DNA from: an uncultured Candidatus Actinomarina sp.
Lineage (GTDB): Bacteria > Actinomycetota > Acidimicrobiia > Actinomarinales > Actinomarinaceae
Assembly: GCA_902533795.1 (NCBI GenBank)
Contig: CACAND010000005.1
Location: forward strand, 847-64,846
Length of the DNA: 64,000 nt
Direction of reading: 5' to 3'
Below, in pieces: positions 8,062 to 21,529 of the stretch. A model generated the notes under the pieces. That model was not told where the DNA came from. It saw only the letters and a list, made by a program, of their open reading frames with translations, and ran no database searches. How positions within the stretch are numbered: position 1 is the stretch's first letter; every line of letters starts with the position of its first letter. The position numbers and the translations under genes are program-made.

Positions 8062-11000
8062 TTGTCCGCTGTTCAGAATTCTAGGCTTTCGTTTGCAAAA
8101 ATTCCAAAAGTTCTAGATATTCCAGATTTATTAATTGTCCAAAAAGATTCGTTTAAATGGTTTATTGAAGAAGGATTAAAAGAAATACTTGATGAGATTT
8201 CTCCTATTGAAGATTTCTCAGGAAGATTTTCACTTGAATTTCTAAATCATTTTTTTGAGGAACCACTTAAATCTTTGGAAGAATGTAAAATTACTGATTC
8301 AACCTATTCTCAACCACTATATGTGACTGCACAGTTTTTAGACAGAGAAACCGGCCAAATTAAGCAACAAACTGTATTCCTTGGAGATTTTCCAATCATG
8401 TCAGATACTGGAACATTTATTATTAATGGAACTGAAAGAGTTATCGTAAGTCAACTTGTAAGATCACCAGGTGTATATTTTTCACAAGAAATAGACAAAA
8501 CTTCCGATAAAGAAATTTTTATTGGAAAAATGATACCTGGAAGAGGGGCCTGGCTCGAATTTGACACAGACAAACGAGATACCGTTGGAGTTAGAGTTGA
8601 TAGAAAAAGACGACAACACATCACTGCATTTTTAAGAGCACTTGGTGTAATTGAAACTAAAGAAGAAGCTATCGAACTCTTCGGAGACTACCCATCAATC
8701 CAAAATACGATTGAAAGAGATCCTGATACTACTCCAGAAGCAGCCCTAATTGATCTTTACAGAAAACTAAGACCTGGTGAACCAGCAACTGTTGAATCTG
8801 CAAGAAATTTAGTAAAACAAATGTTTTATACCCCAAAAAGATATGACCTAACAAAAGTAGGAAGATATAAAGTTGAGCAAAAACTTGGTAGAGACTATGG
8901 AGAAAAAGATGCGGAAACATATTCAACTGAAATTGATGGCATGTTACAAATTGAAGACATAATTGACACCATAAAATATGTTGTAGCACTTCATGCAGGG
9001 GATGAAAATTTTGAAAATAAATTAGGAAGAACTATTCCAGTAAGACTTGATGATATCGATCACTTTGGAAACCGAAGGATAAGAACTGTTGGGGAACTTG
9101 TTCAGAATCAGGTAAGAGTGGGACTTAGTCGTTTAGAAAGAGTTGTCAGAGAACGTATGACAACACAAGAACCCGAAGCAATTACGCCTCAGTCATTAAT
9201 TAATATAAGGCCAATACAAGCATCATTAAAAGAATTTTTTGGAACAAGTCAATTAAGTCAATTTATGGATCAACCTAACCCAATTGCTGCCTTGACTCAT
9301 AGAAGAAGATTGTCAGCACTTGGCCCAGGTGGACTTTCAAGAGAAAGAGCAGGTTTCGAAGTTAGAGACGTACATCCATCCCACTATGGAAGAATGTGTC
9401 CGATTGAAACGCCAGAAGGACCAAATATTGGATTGATTGGTACTTTAGCTACATATGGAAGAGTAAATCGTTTTGGTTTTATTGAAACCCCATATTGGAA
9501 AGTAGAAAATGGTGTAGTAAAAACCAACAAAGCTGTTTATCTTACTGCATCTCAAGAAGATGAATATACGATTGCACAAGCAAATGCTCCTCTTAATGAT
9601 GACGGAACATTTCAAAACAAAAGAGTTTTATGTAGACAAAATGGTGGTCAAGTTTCTTTCGTAATGGATAAAGATATTGACTATATGGATGTGAGTCCAA
9701 AACAGATTTGTTCAGTGACAACTGCATTAATCCCATTTTTAGAACACGATGATGCCAACAGAGCGTTGATGGGATCAAACATGCAGAGACAAGCCGTACC
9801 ACTTGTAACAACAGAAGCACCTTACGTAGGTACAGGGATGGAAGAGAATGTTGCTCGAGATTCAGGAGAAGCCTTGATATCCCCAATTGCTGGTGAAGTA
9901 GTTTCAGTTACTGGTGATGAAATAACTCTAAAAGAGAATGAAACAAACAAAAAGTTTACATTTGAAGTCAAAAAATTCAAAAGATCAAATCAAGCAACTT
10001 CTGTTAATCAAAAACCACTCGTAAGAGTCGGATTAAAAGTTAAACCAGGGGACGTTTTAGCAGATGGACCAAGTACTCAAGGTGGTGAACTAGCTTTAGG
10101 GAAAAATCTATTGGTCGCATACATGCCATGGGATGGATACAATTTTGAAGATTCAATAGTAATTTCTGAACGATTAGTTAAAGAAGATGTTTTAACTTCC
10201 GTCCATATTGCTGAGCATGAGATAGAGGCTCGTGATACCAAGTTAGGTGAGGAAGAGATCACAAGAGATATTCCAAATGTAGCTGAAGAAGTTTTAATGG
10301 ACTTAGATGAAATGGGAATCGTTAGAATCGGTGCAGAGGTCACTCCTGGTGATTACTTGGTTGGTAAAGTCACTCCAAAAGGTGAAACTGAATTAACTCC
10401 CGAAGAAAGATTATTAAGAGCGATTTTTGGTGAAAAAGCTAGAGAAGTTAGAGATACCTCTTTAAGAGTTCCTCATGGAGAAAGAGGCAAAGTAATTGAC
10501 GTACAAATCCTTAAAAGGGATGACGGAGCTGACTTACCTCCTGGTGTGAATCAAAAAGTCCGAGTGTATGTTGCCATACAAAGAAAAATTCAAGTAGGAG
10601 ATAAATTATCTGGAAGACACGGAAACAAGGGTGTTATTTCAAAGATAAATCCTATTGAGGATATGCCCTTTTTGGAAGATGGCACTCCAGTGGATATTTT
10701 ACTATCTCCACTTGGTGTTCCAAGCAGAATGAACTTAGGTCAAATTTTAGAGACTCATTTAGGATGGGCAGCAAATGAAGGATGGAATGACTTTAAGGGT
10801 AAATCAAAAGCCTCAAATGGTGCAAAACCTGGAACTTTAGTGTCAACTCCTGTATTTGATGGTGCAGATGAAGATGAAATACATCAAATTTTAAAAAATG
10901 TTAATCCAAATAGGGATGGAAACCTTCTTGTTAATGAAGATGGAAAAGCAACATTATATGACGGTAGGACTGGAGAAAAGTTTGATTCAAAAATCACCGT

Positions 11001-11451
11001 AGGCTACACATATATATTGAAGTTAATCCATCTAGTTGATGAAAAAATACATGCAAGATCAACTGGCCCATACTCAATGATTACTCAACAACCACTTGGT
11101 GGTAAAGCACAGTTTGGAGGTCAAAGATTTGGAGAAATGGAAGTATGGGCATTAGAAGCTTATGGTGCTAGTTATGCTCTTCAGGAACTTTTAACAATAA
11201 AATCGGACGATACCGTAGGAAGAGTTAAAGTTTATGAATCAATCGTTAAAGGTGACAATATTCCAGAACCAGGAATACCAGAGTCCTTTAAAGTTCTTCT
11301 TAAAGAAATGCAAAGTTTATGTCTCAATGTGGAAATACTATCTGCTGGCGAAGAAATCTCAATGAAGGAAATCAGTGACGAATATGTCAAAACTGCAGAA
11401 ACACTTGGCATTGATATGACAAGACCAGAAGAAGATGAGGCAGAATTATAA
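8062..11451 (+). CDS. rpoB: RNA polymerase beta subunit
   Basis: [40 protein letters not shown] start after GAGGAGG. Confidence 0.99.
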   Translation: MSAVQNSRLSFAKIPKVLDIPDLLIVQKDSFKWFIEEGLKEILDEISPIEDFSGRFSLEFLNHFFEEPLKSLEECKITDSTYSQPLYVTAQFLDRETGQIKQQTVFLGDFPIMSDTGTFIINGTERVIVSQLVRSPGVYFSQEIDKTSDKEIFIGKMIPGRGAWLEFDTDKRDTVGVRVDRKRRQHITAFLRALGVIETKEEAIELFGDYPSIQNTIERDPDTTPEAALIDLYRKLRPGEPATVESARNLVKQMFYTPKRYDLTKVGRYKVEQKLGRDYGEKDAETYSTEIDGMLQIEDIIDTIKYVVALHAGDENFENKLGRTIPVRLDDIDHFGNRRIRTVGELVQNQVRVGLSRLERVVRERMTTQEPEAITPQSLINIRPIQASLKEFFGTSQLSQFMDQPNPIAALTHRRRLSALGPGGLSRERAGFEVRDVHPSHYGRMCPIETPEGPNIGLIGTLATYGRVNRFGFIETPYWKVENGVVKTNKAVYLTASQEDEYTIAQANAPLNDDGTFQNKRVLCRQNGGQVSFVMDKDIDYMDVSPKQICSVTTALIPFLEHDDANRALMGSNMQRQAVPLVTTEAPYVGTGMEENVARDSGEALISPIAGEVVSVTGDEITLKENETNKKFTFEVKKFKRSNQATSVNQKPLVRVGLKVKPGDVLADGPSTQGGELALGKNLLVAYMPWDGYNFEDSIVISERLVKEDVLTSVHIAEHEIEARDTKLGEEEITRDIPNVAEEVLMDLDEMGIVRIGAEVTPGDYLVGKVTPKGETELTPEERLLRAIFGEKAREVRDTSLRVPHGERGKVIDVQILKRDDGADLPPGVNQKVRVYVAIQRKIQVGDKLSGRHGNKGVISKINPIEDMPFLEDGTPVDILLSPLGVPSRMNLGQILETHLGWAANEGWNDFKGKSKASNGAKPGTLVSTPVFDGADEDEIHQILKNVNPNRDGNLLVNEDGKATLYDGRTGEKFDSKITVGYTYILKLIHLVDEKIHARSTGPYSMITQQPLGGKAQFGGQRFGEMEVWALEAYGASYALQELLTIKSDDTVGRVKVYESIVKGDNIPEPGIPESFKVLLKEMQSLCLNVEILSAGEEISMKEISDEYVKTAETLGIDMTRPEEDEAEL

Positions 11452-14400
11452 TGGAAAAAATTTTTGATGAATTAAGCATTAGTCTTGCCACTTCTGATCA
11501 AATGAGGAGTTGGTCTTTTGGTGAAGTTAAAAAACCAGAAACAATTAATTACAGAACTCTCAAACCTGAAAAAGAGGGCTTATTTGACGAAAGAATTTTT
11601 GGTCCAACAAAAGATTGGGAATGCTCTTGTGGAAGGTATAAAAGAATCAGATATAGAGGGATAGTCTGTGAAAGGTGTGGAGTAGAAGTAACAAGACGTG
11701 AAGTTCGAAGGGAAAGAATGGGGCATATTGAACTTGCTGCTCCAGTTACACATATTTGGTATTTCAAAGGAGTACCAAGCAGGCTTGGGTATTTCCTTGA
11801 CATGTCTCCAAAAGAATTAGAAAAAGTCATATACTTTGCTGCGTATTTGGTTGTTTCAATTGATGACAAGAAAAGGACTAAAGATTTATCTGAAATTGAA
11901 GAAGCTGTTGAAGCAGAAGTAGAAATTGTTGAAGAAGAGTTTACTGAGTGGGAAGTCAAAAGACTTAAACAAATGAAAGTTGAATTAAAAGCAATGGAAA
12001 ATGCAAAAGTTCCTGAAGCTGAAATTCAATTAAGGACAAAAGAAATTGAAAAAGAGATCAAGCAAAAGAAATCTAAATCTGATGCAGAGATAAAAGTAAT
12101 TCAAGAAGCTTTTTCTACACTAAAAACTCTAAAACCTAAAACTCTTATAGAGAATGACACACTATGGCGTGAAATGATTGACAAGTATGATGAATATTTT
12201 ACTGGTGGAATGGGAGCGGAGGCAGTCAGAGAATTAGTACAACTAGTTGACCTAAAATCTGAAATGCAAAAGCTTAAAGGAGATTTAGATTCAAAATCCG
12301 CTCAAAGACGACAAAGAGCAATACAAAGAATGAAAGTGATAAAACCATTTGCTGATGGAAAAAATCCACCTGAAGCTATGATTCTCGAAGTTATTCCAGT
12401 TATTCCTCCTGAATTAAGACCGATGGTTCAGCTTGACGGTGGAAGATTTGCTACTTCAGATTTAAATGATTTATATAGAAGACTTATAAATCGTAATAAT
12501 AGATTGAAAAAGCTTATTGAACTCGGTGCACCAGACATAATTATTAGTAATGAGAAAAGAATGCTCCAAGAGTCTGTTGATGCATTATTTGATAATGGTC
12601 GAAGAGGACGAGCAGTAGCTGGAGCAGGCGGTAGAGGACTTAAATCACTATCTGATATGTTGAAAGGTAAACAGGGAAGATTTCGTCAGAACTTACTTGG
12701 AAAACGTGTTGACTACTCTGCCAGATCAGTAATCGTTGTAGGTCCACACTTAGATCTTCAGCAATGTGGATTACCAAAGATGATGGCTCTAGAATTATTC
12801 AAACCATTCGTTATGAAAAGGCTTGTTGAGCTAGGTTTAGCTCAAAATATTAAATCTGCAAAACGAATGGTTGAAAGGTCAAGAGCTCAGGTCTGGGATG
12901 TTTTAGCTGAAGTAATAGAAGAACACCCTGTCTTATTAAATAGAGCTCCGACTTTACACAGACTAGGTATTCAAGCTTTCGAGCCAATATTAGTTGAGGG
13001 TAAAGCCATTCAAGTTCATCCTCTTGTTTGTGAAGCTTTTAATGCAGACTTTGATGGTGACCAAATGGCAGTTCACGTGCCTTTGTCAGCTGAAGCTCAG
13101 GCTGAAGCAAGGGTACTAATGCTCGCAACAAATAATGTTTTATCTCCTGCAAGTGGAAACCCAATAGTCTCGCCTAGTCAGGACATGGTAATAGGTCTTT
13201 ACTACATAACAGAATGTCATGATGATTTAGAAACAGCTGAGCATGCTTTCGTTGATGCGAACGAAGCACAATTGGCTTATGAAGCAGGACATATAACTTT
13301 ACAAACACCTATAAAGGTCAGAGTAGGCGATCTTGCAGGCTCAGAAGAAATTTATAATAAAATTAAAAATAGATTTTCGGAGTTATTAACTCCTGAATAT
13401 ACATCTGGAGACGTACTTACAAATACAACCCTTGGAAGATTACATTTCAATGCAATATTACCTTCAGACTTCCCATATATAGAAGCTTCTGTAAGAAAGC
13501 CACAAATGAAAAAAATAATTTCAGAAGTAATTGAAACATATAATAAAGCTGAACTTCGTGAATTCTTAGATTCTATGAAAAGAGTAGGATTTAATTTTGG
13601 TGCTAAAGCGGGCCTATCTGTTGCAATGACAGACGTAAAAACTCCTCCAAGTAAAAATCAAATTCTTGAAAAATATGAAAACGAAGCTGAAAAAGTCGAG
13701 AAATTATTTAAACAAGACATAATTACTGAAACAGAGAGAAAACAAAAAATTATTGAAATTTGGAATGAAGCTACAGACCAAGTGCAATATGCCATGAGCG
13801 CAGAATTAGAATCTGAAAGATTTAACCCAGTTGATATGATGGTCAAATCTGGAGCAAGAGGCAACATGATGCAAGTAAGACAGCTTGCTGGTATGCGTGG
13901 ACTTGTTGCTAATCCTAAAGGTGACATCATTGAAAGACCGATTAAAAGTAACTTTAGAGAAGGCATGTCAGTTCTTGAATATTTTATTTCAACTCACGGT
14001 GCGAGAAAAGGTCTTGCTGACACAGCATTAAGAACTGCAGACTCTGGATATTTAACAAGAAGATTAGTAGATGTTGCAGCTGGAATTGTTGTTAAAGACG
14101 GCGGCGATGAAAATATTGACTGGAGGGGAACTAATAAAAAAACAGTAGATAAAAATGGCAAGCCTTCTAAATATCTACATTCAACTTTATTTGGAAGAGT
14201 GCTTAGTGAGGATATAAAGAAAGACAAAAAAACTATCGAATTTGCTGATGGGAGGAAATTATCAAAGGGAACTTACATTGATGCTGAGGCTTTAGATGTC
14301 ATATCTAAGTCGGGAGTTGAATCAGTAAACGTCTTAACACCTTTTAACTCTTTAGATCCTGAGTCAATGGATGCGCTGTGTTATGGTTTTAGTCTTGCAA

Positions 14401-15374
14401 CAGGAAAGCCAGTAGAAGATGGTGAAGCTGTTGGTATCATATCTGCACAGTCAATTGGTGAACCAGGAACGCAACTTACAATGAGAACATTTCATACTGG
14501 TGGGGTTGTAGGTCTAGATATCACATCAGGACTTCCTAGAATTGTTGAGCTGTTTGAAGCAAGAACTCCAAAAGGTAAATCAGTTCTTTCTTTGATAGAT
14601 GGAAAGGTTAAATCAGTTGATATGACTGAAGAAGGCAATCGTATCCTAACAATACAAAATGAAAAAGAAGAAATCGAACTTTTAGTTTTAAGGAGACAAA
14701 CACTCCTTGTAAATCAAGGTGACAGTGTTGAGGCTGGACAAGCGTTAACGACTGGGCCAAAAGATCCAAAAGAAGTCTTACAAGTAAATGGTATCCGAAA
14801 ATGCCAAGAATATTTGGTTGATGAGGTCCAAAAAACTTATCGTGATCAAGGAGTTGAAGTTCATGATAAGCATGTCGAAATGATTGTAAGACAAATGTTG
14901 AGAAGAGTAAGAATTGTTAGACCAAACGATTCTGACCTTCTACCAAATGAATTGATAGATGCAACTTTATTCAGAAGCATCAATCAAGGATTAGTTAAAG
15001 ATGGAAAAACACCAGCTGAAGGCAGGCCTGAACTGATGGGTATCACAAAAGCTAGCTTAGCGACAGATTCGTGGTTGTCAGCAGCGTCTTTCCAGGAAAC
15101 AACAAGGGTATTAACTGAGGCAGCTATGAAGAAAAGTACGGACTCACTTTCAGGGCTAAAAGAGAATGTAATAATTGGTACACTTATACCAGCTGGAACA
15201 GGTTCAAATGCATATCAAAAACTTGTACCAACTCTTCCAGGCGCTCAAGAAGTATCAGAAATTGGGTTTGCAACTCCATCGTCTGCTTCAGAAGATTCAG
15301 AGGATGAAGGTTTACCAAATCCAGCTCAATGGCTAGCTATGTTAGGCGAAGAAGGAGACGAAGATACAGAGTAA
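11451..15374 (+). CDS. rpoC: RNA polymerase beta-prime subunit
   Basis: NADFDGD catalytic motif, N-terminal CxC...CxxC ribbon, [16 protein letters not shown]. Confidence 0.99.
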   Translation: MEKIFDELSISLATSDQMRSWSFGEVKKPETINYRTLKPEKEGLFDERIFGPTKDWECSCGRYKRIRYRGIVCERCGVEVTRREVRRERMGHIELAAPVTHIWYFKGVPSRLGYFLDMSPKELEKVIYFAAYLVVSIDDKKRTKDLSEIEEAVEAEVEIVEEEFTEWEVKRLKQMKVELKAMENAKVPEAEIQLRTKEIEKEIKQKKSKSDAEIKVIQEAFSTLKTLKPKTLIENDTLWREMIDKYDEYFTGGMGAEAVRELVQLVDLKSEMQKLKGDLDSKSAQRRQRAIQRMKVIKPFADGKNPPEAMILEVIPVIPPELRPMVQLDGGRFATSDLNDLYRRLINRNNRLKKLIELGAPDIIISNEKRMLQESVDALFDNGRRGRAVAGAGGRGLKSLSDMLKGKQGRFRQNLLGKRVDYSARSVIVVGPHLDLQQCGLPKMMALELFKPFVMKRLVELGLAQNIKSAKRMVERSRAQVWDVLAEVIEEHPVLLNRAPTLHRLGIQAFEPILVEGKAIQVHPLVCEAFNADFDGDQMAVHVPLSAEAQAEARVLMLATNNVLSPASGNPIVSPSQDMVIGLYYITECHDDLETAEHAFVDANEAQLAYEAGHITLQTPIKVRVGDLAGSEEIYNKIKNRFSELLTPEYTSGDVLTNTTLGRLHFNAILPSDFPYIEASVRKPQMKKIISEVIETYNKAELREFLDSMKRVGFNFGAKAGLSVAMTDVKTPPSKNQILEKYENEAEKVEKLFKQDIITETERKQKIIEIWNEATDQVQYAMSAELESERFNPVDMMVKSGARGNMMQVRQLAGMRGLVANPKGDIIERPIKSNFREGMSVLEYFISTHGARKGLADTALRTADSGYLTRRLVDVAAGIVVKDGGDENIDWRGTNKKTVDKNGKPSKYLHSTLFGRVLSEDIKKDKKTIEFADGRKLSKGTYIDAEALDVISKSGVESVNVLTPFNSLDPESMDALCYGFSLATGKPVEDGEAVGIISAQSIGEPGTQLTMRTFHTGGVVGLDITSGLPRIVELFEARTPKGKSVLSLIDGKVKSVDMTEEGNRILTIQNEKEEIELLVLRRQTLLVNQGDSVEAGQALTTGPKDPKEVLQVNGIRKCQEYLVDEVQKTYRDQGVEVHDKHVEMIVRQMLRRVRIVRPNDSDLLPNELIDATLFRSINQGLVKDGKTPAEGRPELMGITKASLATDSWLSAASFQETTRVLTEAAMKKSTDSLSGLKENVIIGTLIPAGTGSNAYQKLVPTLPGAQEVSEIGFATPSSASEDSEDEGLPNPAQWLAMLGEEGDEDTE

Positions 15375-15392
15375 AAACTTATGAAGAATTCA

Positions 15393-15421
15393 TTGTTGTA
15401 AGTTCAAATCTGTCATATACT
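15393..15421 (+). promoter_or_regulatory. Putative promoter of the str operon
   Basis: TTGTTG-17 bp-TATACT before rpsL. Confidence 0.55.
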
Positions 15422-15466
15422 TCTTTTTCGGTAATAAAAAATTAACTTTTTTAGATTGGAATTTTT

Positions 15467-15835
15467 ATGCCTACAACTCAACAATTAGTGAGAAAAGGAC
15501 GTAAGTCAAAGGTGTCTAAAGAAAAAACACCTGGACTGAAAGGGTCTCCTCAGAGGAGAGGTGTTTGCACGCGTGTTTATACAGTTACACCAAAGAAACC
15601 AAACTCTGCCCTTAGAAAAGTTTGCAGAGTTAGATTATCCACTGGCACTGAGGTGACTGCCTATATTCCTGGTGAAGGTCATAATTTACAAGAACACTCT
15701 ATTGTTTTGGTAAGAGGTGGCAGGGTTAAAGATTTACCTGGTGTCAGATATAAAGTTATTAGAGGAGCATTAGACACTTCAGGTGTTACCGATAGAAAAC
15801 AGGCTCGATCAAGATATGGAAGTAAAAAAGGTTAA
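15467..15835 (+). CDS. rpsL: 30S ribosomal protein S12
   Basis: [11 protein letters not shown] and [12 protein letters not shown]. Confidence 0.99.
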   Translation: MPTTQQLVRKGRKSKVSKEKTPGLKGSPQRRGVCTRVYTVTPKKPNSALRKVCRVRLSTGTEVTAYIPGEGHNLQEHSIVLVRGGRVKDLPGVRYKVIRGALDTSGVTDRKQARSRYGSKKG

Positions 15836-15840
15836 AAATT

Positions 15841-16308
15841 ATGAGAAGGGGACCATCACTCAAAAGAAAAACTGAAGCCGATCCAATTTTTAACAGTGTC
15901 CTTGTATCCCAATTAACAAATCAAGTTTTATTAGATGGCAAAAAAGATGTTGCTAGAAGTATCGTTTATAAATCCTTAGAACTTGTTGAAAAACAAGCAG
16001 GAGGCGATCCTTTAAATGTTTTAAAATCTGCATTTGAAAATGTCAAGCCACAAATTGAAACAAAATCAAGAAGAGTTGGTGGGACAAATTATCAAGTACC
16101 TATGGAAGTTCCTCATAGAAGAAGTACAACACTTGCAATAAGGTGGATTGTTGATGCTGCAAGAAAAAGAGGAGAAAAAACTATGTCTGATAGGTTAGGA
16201 AGAGAATTATTAGATGCAAGCAACAATACAGGAGCTGCTGTAAAGAAAAAAGAAGATGTACATAAGATGGCAGAATCAAATAGAGCATTCGCTCATTACA
16301 GGTGGTAG
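15841..16308 (+). CDS. rpsG: 30S ribosomal protein S7
   Basis: [12 protein letters not shown] and [13 protein letters not shown]. Confidence 0.98.
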   Translation: MRRGPSLKRKTEADPIFNSVLVSQLTNQVLLDGKKDVARSIVYKSLELVEKQAGGDPLNVLKSAFENVKPQIETKSRRVGGTNYQVPMEVPHRRSTTLAIRWIVDAARKRGEKTMSDRLGRELLDASNNTGAAVKKKEDVHKMAESNRAFAHYRW

Positions 16309-16313
16309 TAAAT

Positions 16314-18404
16314 ATGTCAGAGAGAACAGTTGAACTTAAAAATTTAAGAAACATTGGAATCATGGCTCATATTGATGCTGGCAAAACTACTCTTACCGAA
16401 AGAATTTTATACTACACAGGAAAAACCTACAAAATTGGAGAAGTCCATGATGGTGCTGCTGTTATGGATTGGATGGAACAAGAACAAGAAAGAGGGATTA
16501 CGATCACATCTGCAGCAACTACCTGTAGCTGGGCCGATCACACAATTAATATCATTGATACACCTGGTCACGTTGATTTCACAGTTGAAGTTGAAAGATC
16601 ATTACGTGTTTTAGATGGAGCAGTGGCAGTTTTTGATGGTGTAGCTGGTGTAGAACCTCAGTCTGAAACAGTATGGAGACAAGCAGACAAATATAATGTT
16701 CCAAGAATATGTTTTATAAATAAGCTCGATAGAACTGGAGCTAATTTTGATGATGACGTTCAATCAATAGTTGAAAGACTTGAAGCTAAACCAGCAGTTT
16801 TACAAATACCTATTGGATCTGAGGCTGACTTTATTGGTGTTATTGACTTAATTGAAATGAAAGCTCATACTTGGACAAAAGATGATGGCTCTGAGTGGGA
16901 TATAAGTGAAATATCAGATGATAAATTAGAAGAAGCAAAAACAAAAAGAGCAGAATTATTGGATATTGTTGCAGAAGCTGATGATGAGGTTTTAGAAAAA
17001 TATTTAAGTGATGAGGAATTATCTGTGGCTGAGATTAAAAAAGCAATTAGACAAGGAACATTAGCTGGCTTATTTGTACCTGTATTAGCGGGAAGTGCAT
17101 TTAAAAATAAAGGAGTACAACTTCTTTTAGATGCCGTTGTTGATTATTTACCATCACCATTAGACATTGAGCCCGTCTCAGGATTTAAACCTGGCAAAGA
17201 AGATGATGAAATCAATAGAGAACATTCTGATGATGAGCCATTTTCTGCTCTTGCATTTAAAGTAGTCAGTGACCCTCACGTTGGTAAATTAACTTACTTT
17301 AGAGTTTATTCAGGGACATTAAGTAAAGGTGACAAAGTTGTTAATACAACTACTGGAAAAGACGAAAGGCTTGGAAGAATTCTTAGAATGCATTCAAACT
17401 CTAGAGAAGATATTGATTTTATATCTACTGGAGATATCGTTGCAGGCGTAGGATTGAAAAATGCAAAAACAGGTGATACATTATCCGATTCCAGCAATCC
17501 TATTCAATTAGAATCTATGACATTTCCAGAGCCTGTTATTTCTGTAGCCATTGAGCCAAAATCAAAAGCTGATGAAGAAAAGCTTTCAGAGGGATTACAA
17601 AAGTTGGCAGAAGAAGATCCAACTTTTAGAGTCAATTCAGATGAAGAAACTGGTCAAACTATTATTTCTGGAATGGGTGAACTTCACTTGGATATATTAG
17701 TTGATCGATTAAAACGAGAATTTAAAGTCGAAGCAAATATTGGTAAACCTCAAGTTGCATACAGAGAAGCTTTGAAGAAGAAGACTGATATTGAAGCAAA
17801 ATATATTAGACAAAGCGGAGGAAGAGGCCAATACGGTCATGTGATAATGGAGCTAGAACCAATTGAGGATGGATACGAATTTGTAGATTTAATTAAAAGT
17901 GGGCGAATTCCTAAAGAGTATATTCCTTCTGTTAATGCTGGGGTAGAAGCTGCAATGGAATCTGGAGTTCTAGCGGGCTATCCTCTTGTAAATATGAGAG
18001 CAACTTTGAAAGATGGTACTTATCATGATGTTGATTCCTCAGAAATGGCCTTCAAAATTGCTGGATCGATGGCACTAAAAGACGGAGCAAAAAAAGCTGG
18101 AGTAAAACTACTGGAGCCTATTATGACTGTAGAGGTAGTAACACCTGAAGATTTTATGGGAGATGTTGTCGGAGATCTTTCTTCAAGAAGAGGAAAGATA
18201 GCTGAAATGGGACAAAGAGGATCGGCAAAAGTTGTCAGTGCTAAAGTTCCATTATCAGAAATGTTCGGATACGCAACAGATTTGCGTTCAAGAACTCAAG
18301 GCCGTGCAACATTCACGATGCAGTTTGATAGTTATGAAGACGTCCCAGACGCTATAACTAAAGAAATAACTGCAAGTGTTCGTGGAGTAGAGGTTGAAGT
18401 TTAG
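16314..18404 (+). CDS. fusA: Elongation factor G
   Basis: [29 protein letters not shown]; start moved to ATG 16314. Confidence 0.99.
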   Translation: MSERTVELKNLRNIGIMAHIDAGKTTLTERILYYTGKTYKIGEVHDGAAVMDWMEQEQERGITITSAATTCSWADHTINIIDTPGHVDFTVEVERSLRVLDGAVAVFDGVAGVEPQSETVWRQADKYNVPRICFINKLDRTGANFDDDVQSIVERLEAKPAVLQIPIGSEADFIGVIDLIEMKAHTWTKDDGSEWDISEISDDKLEEAKTKRAELLDIVAEADDEVLEKYLSDEELSVAEIKKAIRQGTLAGLFVPVLAGSAFKNKGVQLLLDAVVDYLPSPLDIEPVSGFKPGKEDDEINREHSDDEPFSALAFKVVSDPHVGKLTYFRVYSGTLSKGDKVVNTTTGKDERLGRILRMHSNSREDIDFISTGDIVAGVGLKNAKTGDTLSDSSNPIQLESMTFPEPVISVAIEPKSKADEEKLSEGLQKLAEEDPTFRVNSDEETGQTIISGMGELHLDILVDRLKREFKVEANIGKPQVAYREALKKKTDIEAKYIRQSGGRGQYGHVIMELEPIEDGYEFVDLIKSGRIPKEYIPSVNAGVEAAMESGVLAGYPLVNMRATLKDGTYHDVDSSEMAFKIAGSMALKDGAKKAGVKLLEPIMTVEVVTPEDFMGDVVGDLSSRRGKIAEMGQRGSAKVVSAKVPLSEMFGYATDLRSRTQGRATFTMQFDSYEDVPDAITKEITASVRGVEVEV

Positions 18405-18442
18405 GCTTTTTAAAAGTTTGAACTTTTAGAAAAGGAGAAAAT

Positions 18443-19627
18443 ATGTCAAAAGAAAAATTTGACCGAAGCAAGCCTCATGTGAATATTGGGACAATGGGCC
18501 ACATTGACCATGGGAAAACAACACTGACGGCCGCAATAACTAAAGTTTTGGCTGATGCTGGTGCAGGTGAGGCAACTGCTTTCGATGAAATAGATAAAGC
18601 ACCAGAAGAAAAAGAAAGAGGAATAACAATTCAGATAGCACACGTTGAGTACGAGACAGAAAACCGTCACTATGCTCACGTTGATATGCCTGGACATGCT
18701 GATTATGTAAAAAATATGATTACAGGTGCAGCTCAGGTAGATGGTGCAATTCTTGTTGTTTCCGCAGCTGATGGTCCAATGCCACAAACAAGAGAGCACG
18801 TTCTTCTTGCAAGACAAGTTGGTGTACCAGCGATAGCAGTCTTTCTTAATAAAGTTGACCAAGTTGACGATGATGAACTACTTGATCTTGTAGAAATGGA
18901 AGTTAGAGAACTTTTAAATGAGTATGATTTCCCTGGAGATGACGTACCTGTAGTTAAAGGATCTGCACTTGCAGCACTAGAAGGAAAAGAAGATGGTGTC
19001 AGTGCGGTTCTTGAATTGATGGAACAAGTTGACTCTTATATTGAAGAACCAGTAAGAGTAGTTGACAAGCCTTTCCTTATGCCAGTCGAAGATGTATTTT
19101 CTATAACTGGTCGAGGAACTGTTGTTACAGGAAGAATCGAGCAAGGCATAGTAAATGTAAATGATGAAGTAGAAATTGTTGGTATTAGAGAAACAACCAA
19201 ATCAGTTTGTACAGGTGTTGAAATGTTTAGAAAACTCTTAGACGAGGGTAGAGCAGGAGACAATGTTGGCTTGCTATTAAGAGGTATAGACAAAGAAGAT
19301 GTAGAGAGAGGTCAGGTTATTGCTGTACCAGGATCTATTACACCTCATACAAAATTTGAGGCCGAAGTATATGTTCTTACAAAAGAAGAAGGTGGGAGAC
19401 ACAATCCTTTCTTTAAAGGATATAGGCCGCAGTTTTATTTCAGAACCACTGATGTTACAGGTGAGGTAACTTTAGGTGATGGAACTGAGATGGTTATGCC
19501 TGGAGATAATGTTGCGATATCAGTTGAACTTATATCTCCAATTGCAATGGAAGAGGGCGTTAAATTTGCAATTAGAGAAGGTGGAAGGACTGTTGGAGCA
19601 GGACAGGTGACAAAAGTTATAGAGTAA
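18443..19627 (+). CDS. tuf: Elongation factor Tu
   Basis: [31 protein letters not shown]. Confidence 0.99.
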   Translation: MSKEKFDRSKPHVNIGTMGHIDHGKTTLTAAITKVLADAGAGEATAFDEIDKAPEEKERGITIQIAHVEYETENRHYAHVDMPGHADYVKNMITGAAQVDGAILVVSAADGPMPQTREHVLLARQVGVPAIAVFLNKVDQVDDDELLDLVEMEVRELLNEYDFPGDDVPVVKGSALAALEGKEDGVSAVLELMEQVDSYIEEPVRVVDKPFLMPVEDVFSITGRGTVVTGRIEQGIVNVNDEVEIVGIRETTKSVCTGVEMFRKLLDEGRAGDNVGLLLRGIDKEDVERGQVIAVPGSITPHTKFEAEVYVLTKEEGGRHNPFFKGYRPQFYFRTTDVTGEVTLGDGTEMVMPGDNVAISVELISPIAMEEGVKFAIREGGRTVGAGQVTKVIE

Positions 19628-19636
19628 ATAAAACTT

Positions 19637-19670
19637 AACCGGGAGTAGAATTCTACTCCCGGTTTTTTTT
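19637..19670 (+). terminator. Intrinsic terminator after tuf (perfect 28-bp palindrome plus T run)
   Basis: AACCGGGAGTAGAATTCTACTCCCGGTT followed by six more T. Confidence 0.85.
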
Positions 19671-19679
19671 GAGGAAAAA

Positions 19680-19997
19680 ATGGCAAAACAAAAAGATCAA
19701 CAAATAAGAATAAAGCTAAAAGCTTATGACAACTATGTTGTTGATGAATCTGCACGAAAAATTGCAGAAACTGTTTTGAAAACTCAAGCAAAAGTCAAAG
19801 GACCCATTCCATTACCAACTCAGATACATAGATATTGTGTAATTAGATCACCTCATGTTGATAAAAAATCTAGAGAACATTTTGAAATGAGAATTCACAA
19901 AAGGCTTATTGATATTGTTGAGCCAACTCCAAAAACAGTTGATTCTTTGATGAGATTAGATTTACCTGCAGGTGTTGAAGTAGAGATAAAGTTATGA
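19680..19997 (+). CDS. rpsJ: 30S ribosomal protein S10
   Basis: [30 protein letters not shown]. Confidence 0.98.
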   Translation: MAKQKDQQIRIKLKAYDNYVVDESARKIAETVLKTQAKVKGPIPLPTQIHRYCVIRSPHVDKKSREHFEMRIHKRLIDIVEPTPKTVDSLMRLDLPAGVEVEIKL

Positions 19998-20626
19998 AAT
20001 CAATTATCGCAAAAAAAATAGGGATGACTCAGTTATTTGATGAAAATTCTGTTGCTTTAGGAGTAACTTTATTGGATGTTTCTGGGTGTCGTGTTGTTCA
20101 GATAAAGTCTGATGAAAATGATGGTTATAACGCAGCACAATTAACAATTGGTTCAGCTAAGAAAGTTGTAAAGCCTTTACAAGAGCATTATAAAAAATAC
20201 AATGTTGAGCCTGGAGAAGGTTTATTTGAAGTTCCTATTCACGAAGAAGGCACACTTGAGTCAGGAAAAGAAATCAATGTAAGTGATTTCTTTGAGGTTG
20301 GAGATAAAGTTGATATAACTGGATTTTCCAAAGGAAAAGGATTTTCAGGAGTAATGAAAAGGCATAATTTCTCTGGACAGAAAGCAAGCCATGGGGTCCA
20401 TAAAGTTCATAGAGCAGGTGGCTCTATTGGAAACGCATCATATCCTGGCCATGTATTCAAAGGCACAAAAATGGCTGGAAGAATGGGAAATCAAAAAACA
20501 ACTATTCAGTCAGTGACAGTAGTTGAAGTAAATAAAGAAAAAAATTATTTACTTGTAAATGGATCTGTACCAGGAAGTAAGGGAAACATAGTTCAAATAT
20601 CTTCAGCAATAAAGGTAAATTCATGA
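19994..20626 (+). CDS. rplC: 50S ribosomal protein L3
   Basis: [27 protein letters not shown]. Confidence 0.98.
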   Translation: MKSIIAKKIGMTQLFDENSVALGVTLLDVSGCRVVQIKSDENDGYNAAQLTIGSAKKVVKPLQEHYKKYNVEPGEGLFEVPIHEEGTLESGKEINVSDFFEVGDKVDITGFSKGKGFSGVMKRHNFSGQKASHGVHKVHRAGGSIGNASYPGHVFKGTKMAGRMGNQKTTIQSVTVVEVNKEKNYLLVNGSVPGSKGNIVQISSAIKVNS

Positions 20627-21243
20627 GTGTAAAATTAAAAACCTTTTCCTTAAAAGACAAAAAAGCATCCGACAAACAATACGATTTTAATTTGGAGGAA
20701 GATGTGAATATCGGACTTTTACATCAAGTAACAAAAGGGAATAGAACTAACGCAAGAAATAACACTGCATCTGTTAAAACAAGATCCCAAGTTTCTGGAA
20801 CCGGGGCAAAGCCATGGGTTCAAAAAGGAACAGGAAGGGCTAGACATGGCTCTTTACGTTCTCCAATATTTGTTGGAGGGGGTATAGCTCATGGTCCAGG
20901 TGGAAGAGTTTACAAAGATAGAACACCAAAAAAAATGAAGCAAAAATCTTTAAACATGTCACTTTCAAACCGAATATTAGAAAATTCAGTTTTTGTTATT
21001 GACGGTTCAGGTATTGAGAAGCCTTCTACAAAAGTAGCATCAGAAGCCCTTAAAGAATTATCAATATCGAAATCATTTGTTTTTGTATATGCAGAAGATG
21101 ATGATTTTTTAATTAAATCATTTAGAAACCTAAAAAAAGCTAAAGTTACATCAGTTAAAAAACTTTCCACTTTTGATGTTATTTCTAATGAAGTAGTAGT
21201 TTTTAGTGAAAATGCGATGAACAGTATATTGGATAAAAAATGA
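20623..21243 (+). CDS. rplD: 50S ribosomal protein L4
   Basis: KPWVQKGTGRARHGS.RSP..VGGG.AHGP. Confidence 0.97.
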   Translation: MSVKLKTFSLKDKKASDKQYDFNLEEDVNIGLLHQVTKGNRTNARNNTASVKTRSQVSGTGAKPWVQKGTGRARHGSLRSPIFVGGGIAHGPGGRVYKDRTPKKMKQKSLNMSLSNRILENSVFVIDGSGIEKPSTKVASEALKELSISKSFVFVYAEDDDFLIKSFRNLKKAKVTSVKKLSTFDVISNEVVVFSENAMNSILDKK

Positions 21244-21527
21244 AGTATTTAGAAGATGTATTAATTCAACCATTAATATCTGAGAAGTCTTATGATCGGA
21301 TTGCAGATTCAAATTCCTATACTTTTTTTGTTCACACAAGTTCTACAAAGCCTGAAATTAAAAGAGCTGTTGAAGAAATATTTGAAGTTGATGTGCTGTC
21401 AGTTAATACAATGTATAAAAAAGGAAAAAAGAAAAGGTTTGGATATGTTTTAGGTCAACAAAGCACAAGAAAAGTTGCAATTGTTACCCTCGGAGAGGGT
21501 CAAACTATAGAGGCTTTTGGGGTATAA
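21240..21527 (+). CDS. rplW: 50S ribosomal protein L23
   Basis: [26 protein letters not shown]10 operon order. Confidence 0.96.
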   Translation: MKYLEDVLIQPLISEKSYDRIADSNSYTFFVHTSSTKPEIKRAVEEIFEVDVLSVNTMYKKGKKKRFGYVLGQQSTRKVAIVTLGEGQTIEAFGV

Positions 21528-21529
21528 AT

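Noticed and set aside
9230..9340. RpoB rifampicin-region differences ([16 protein letters not shown]) as intrinsic resistance
   Set aside because: The key Gln, Asp, His, Arg and Ser positions are intact, and Ala at the varied Ser position also occurs in susceptible species such as Bacillus subtilis.
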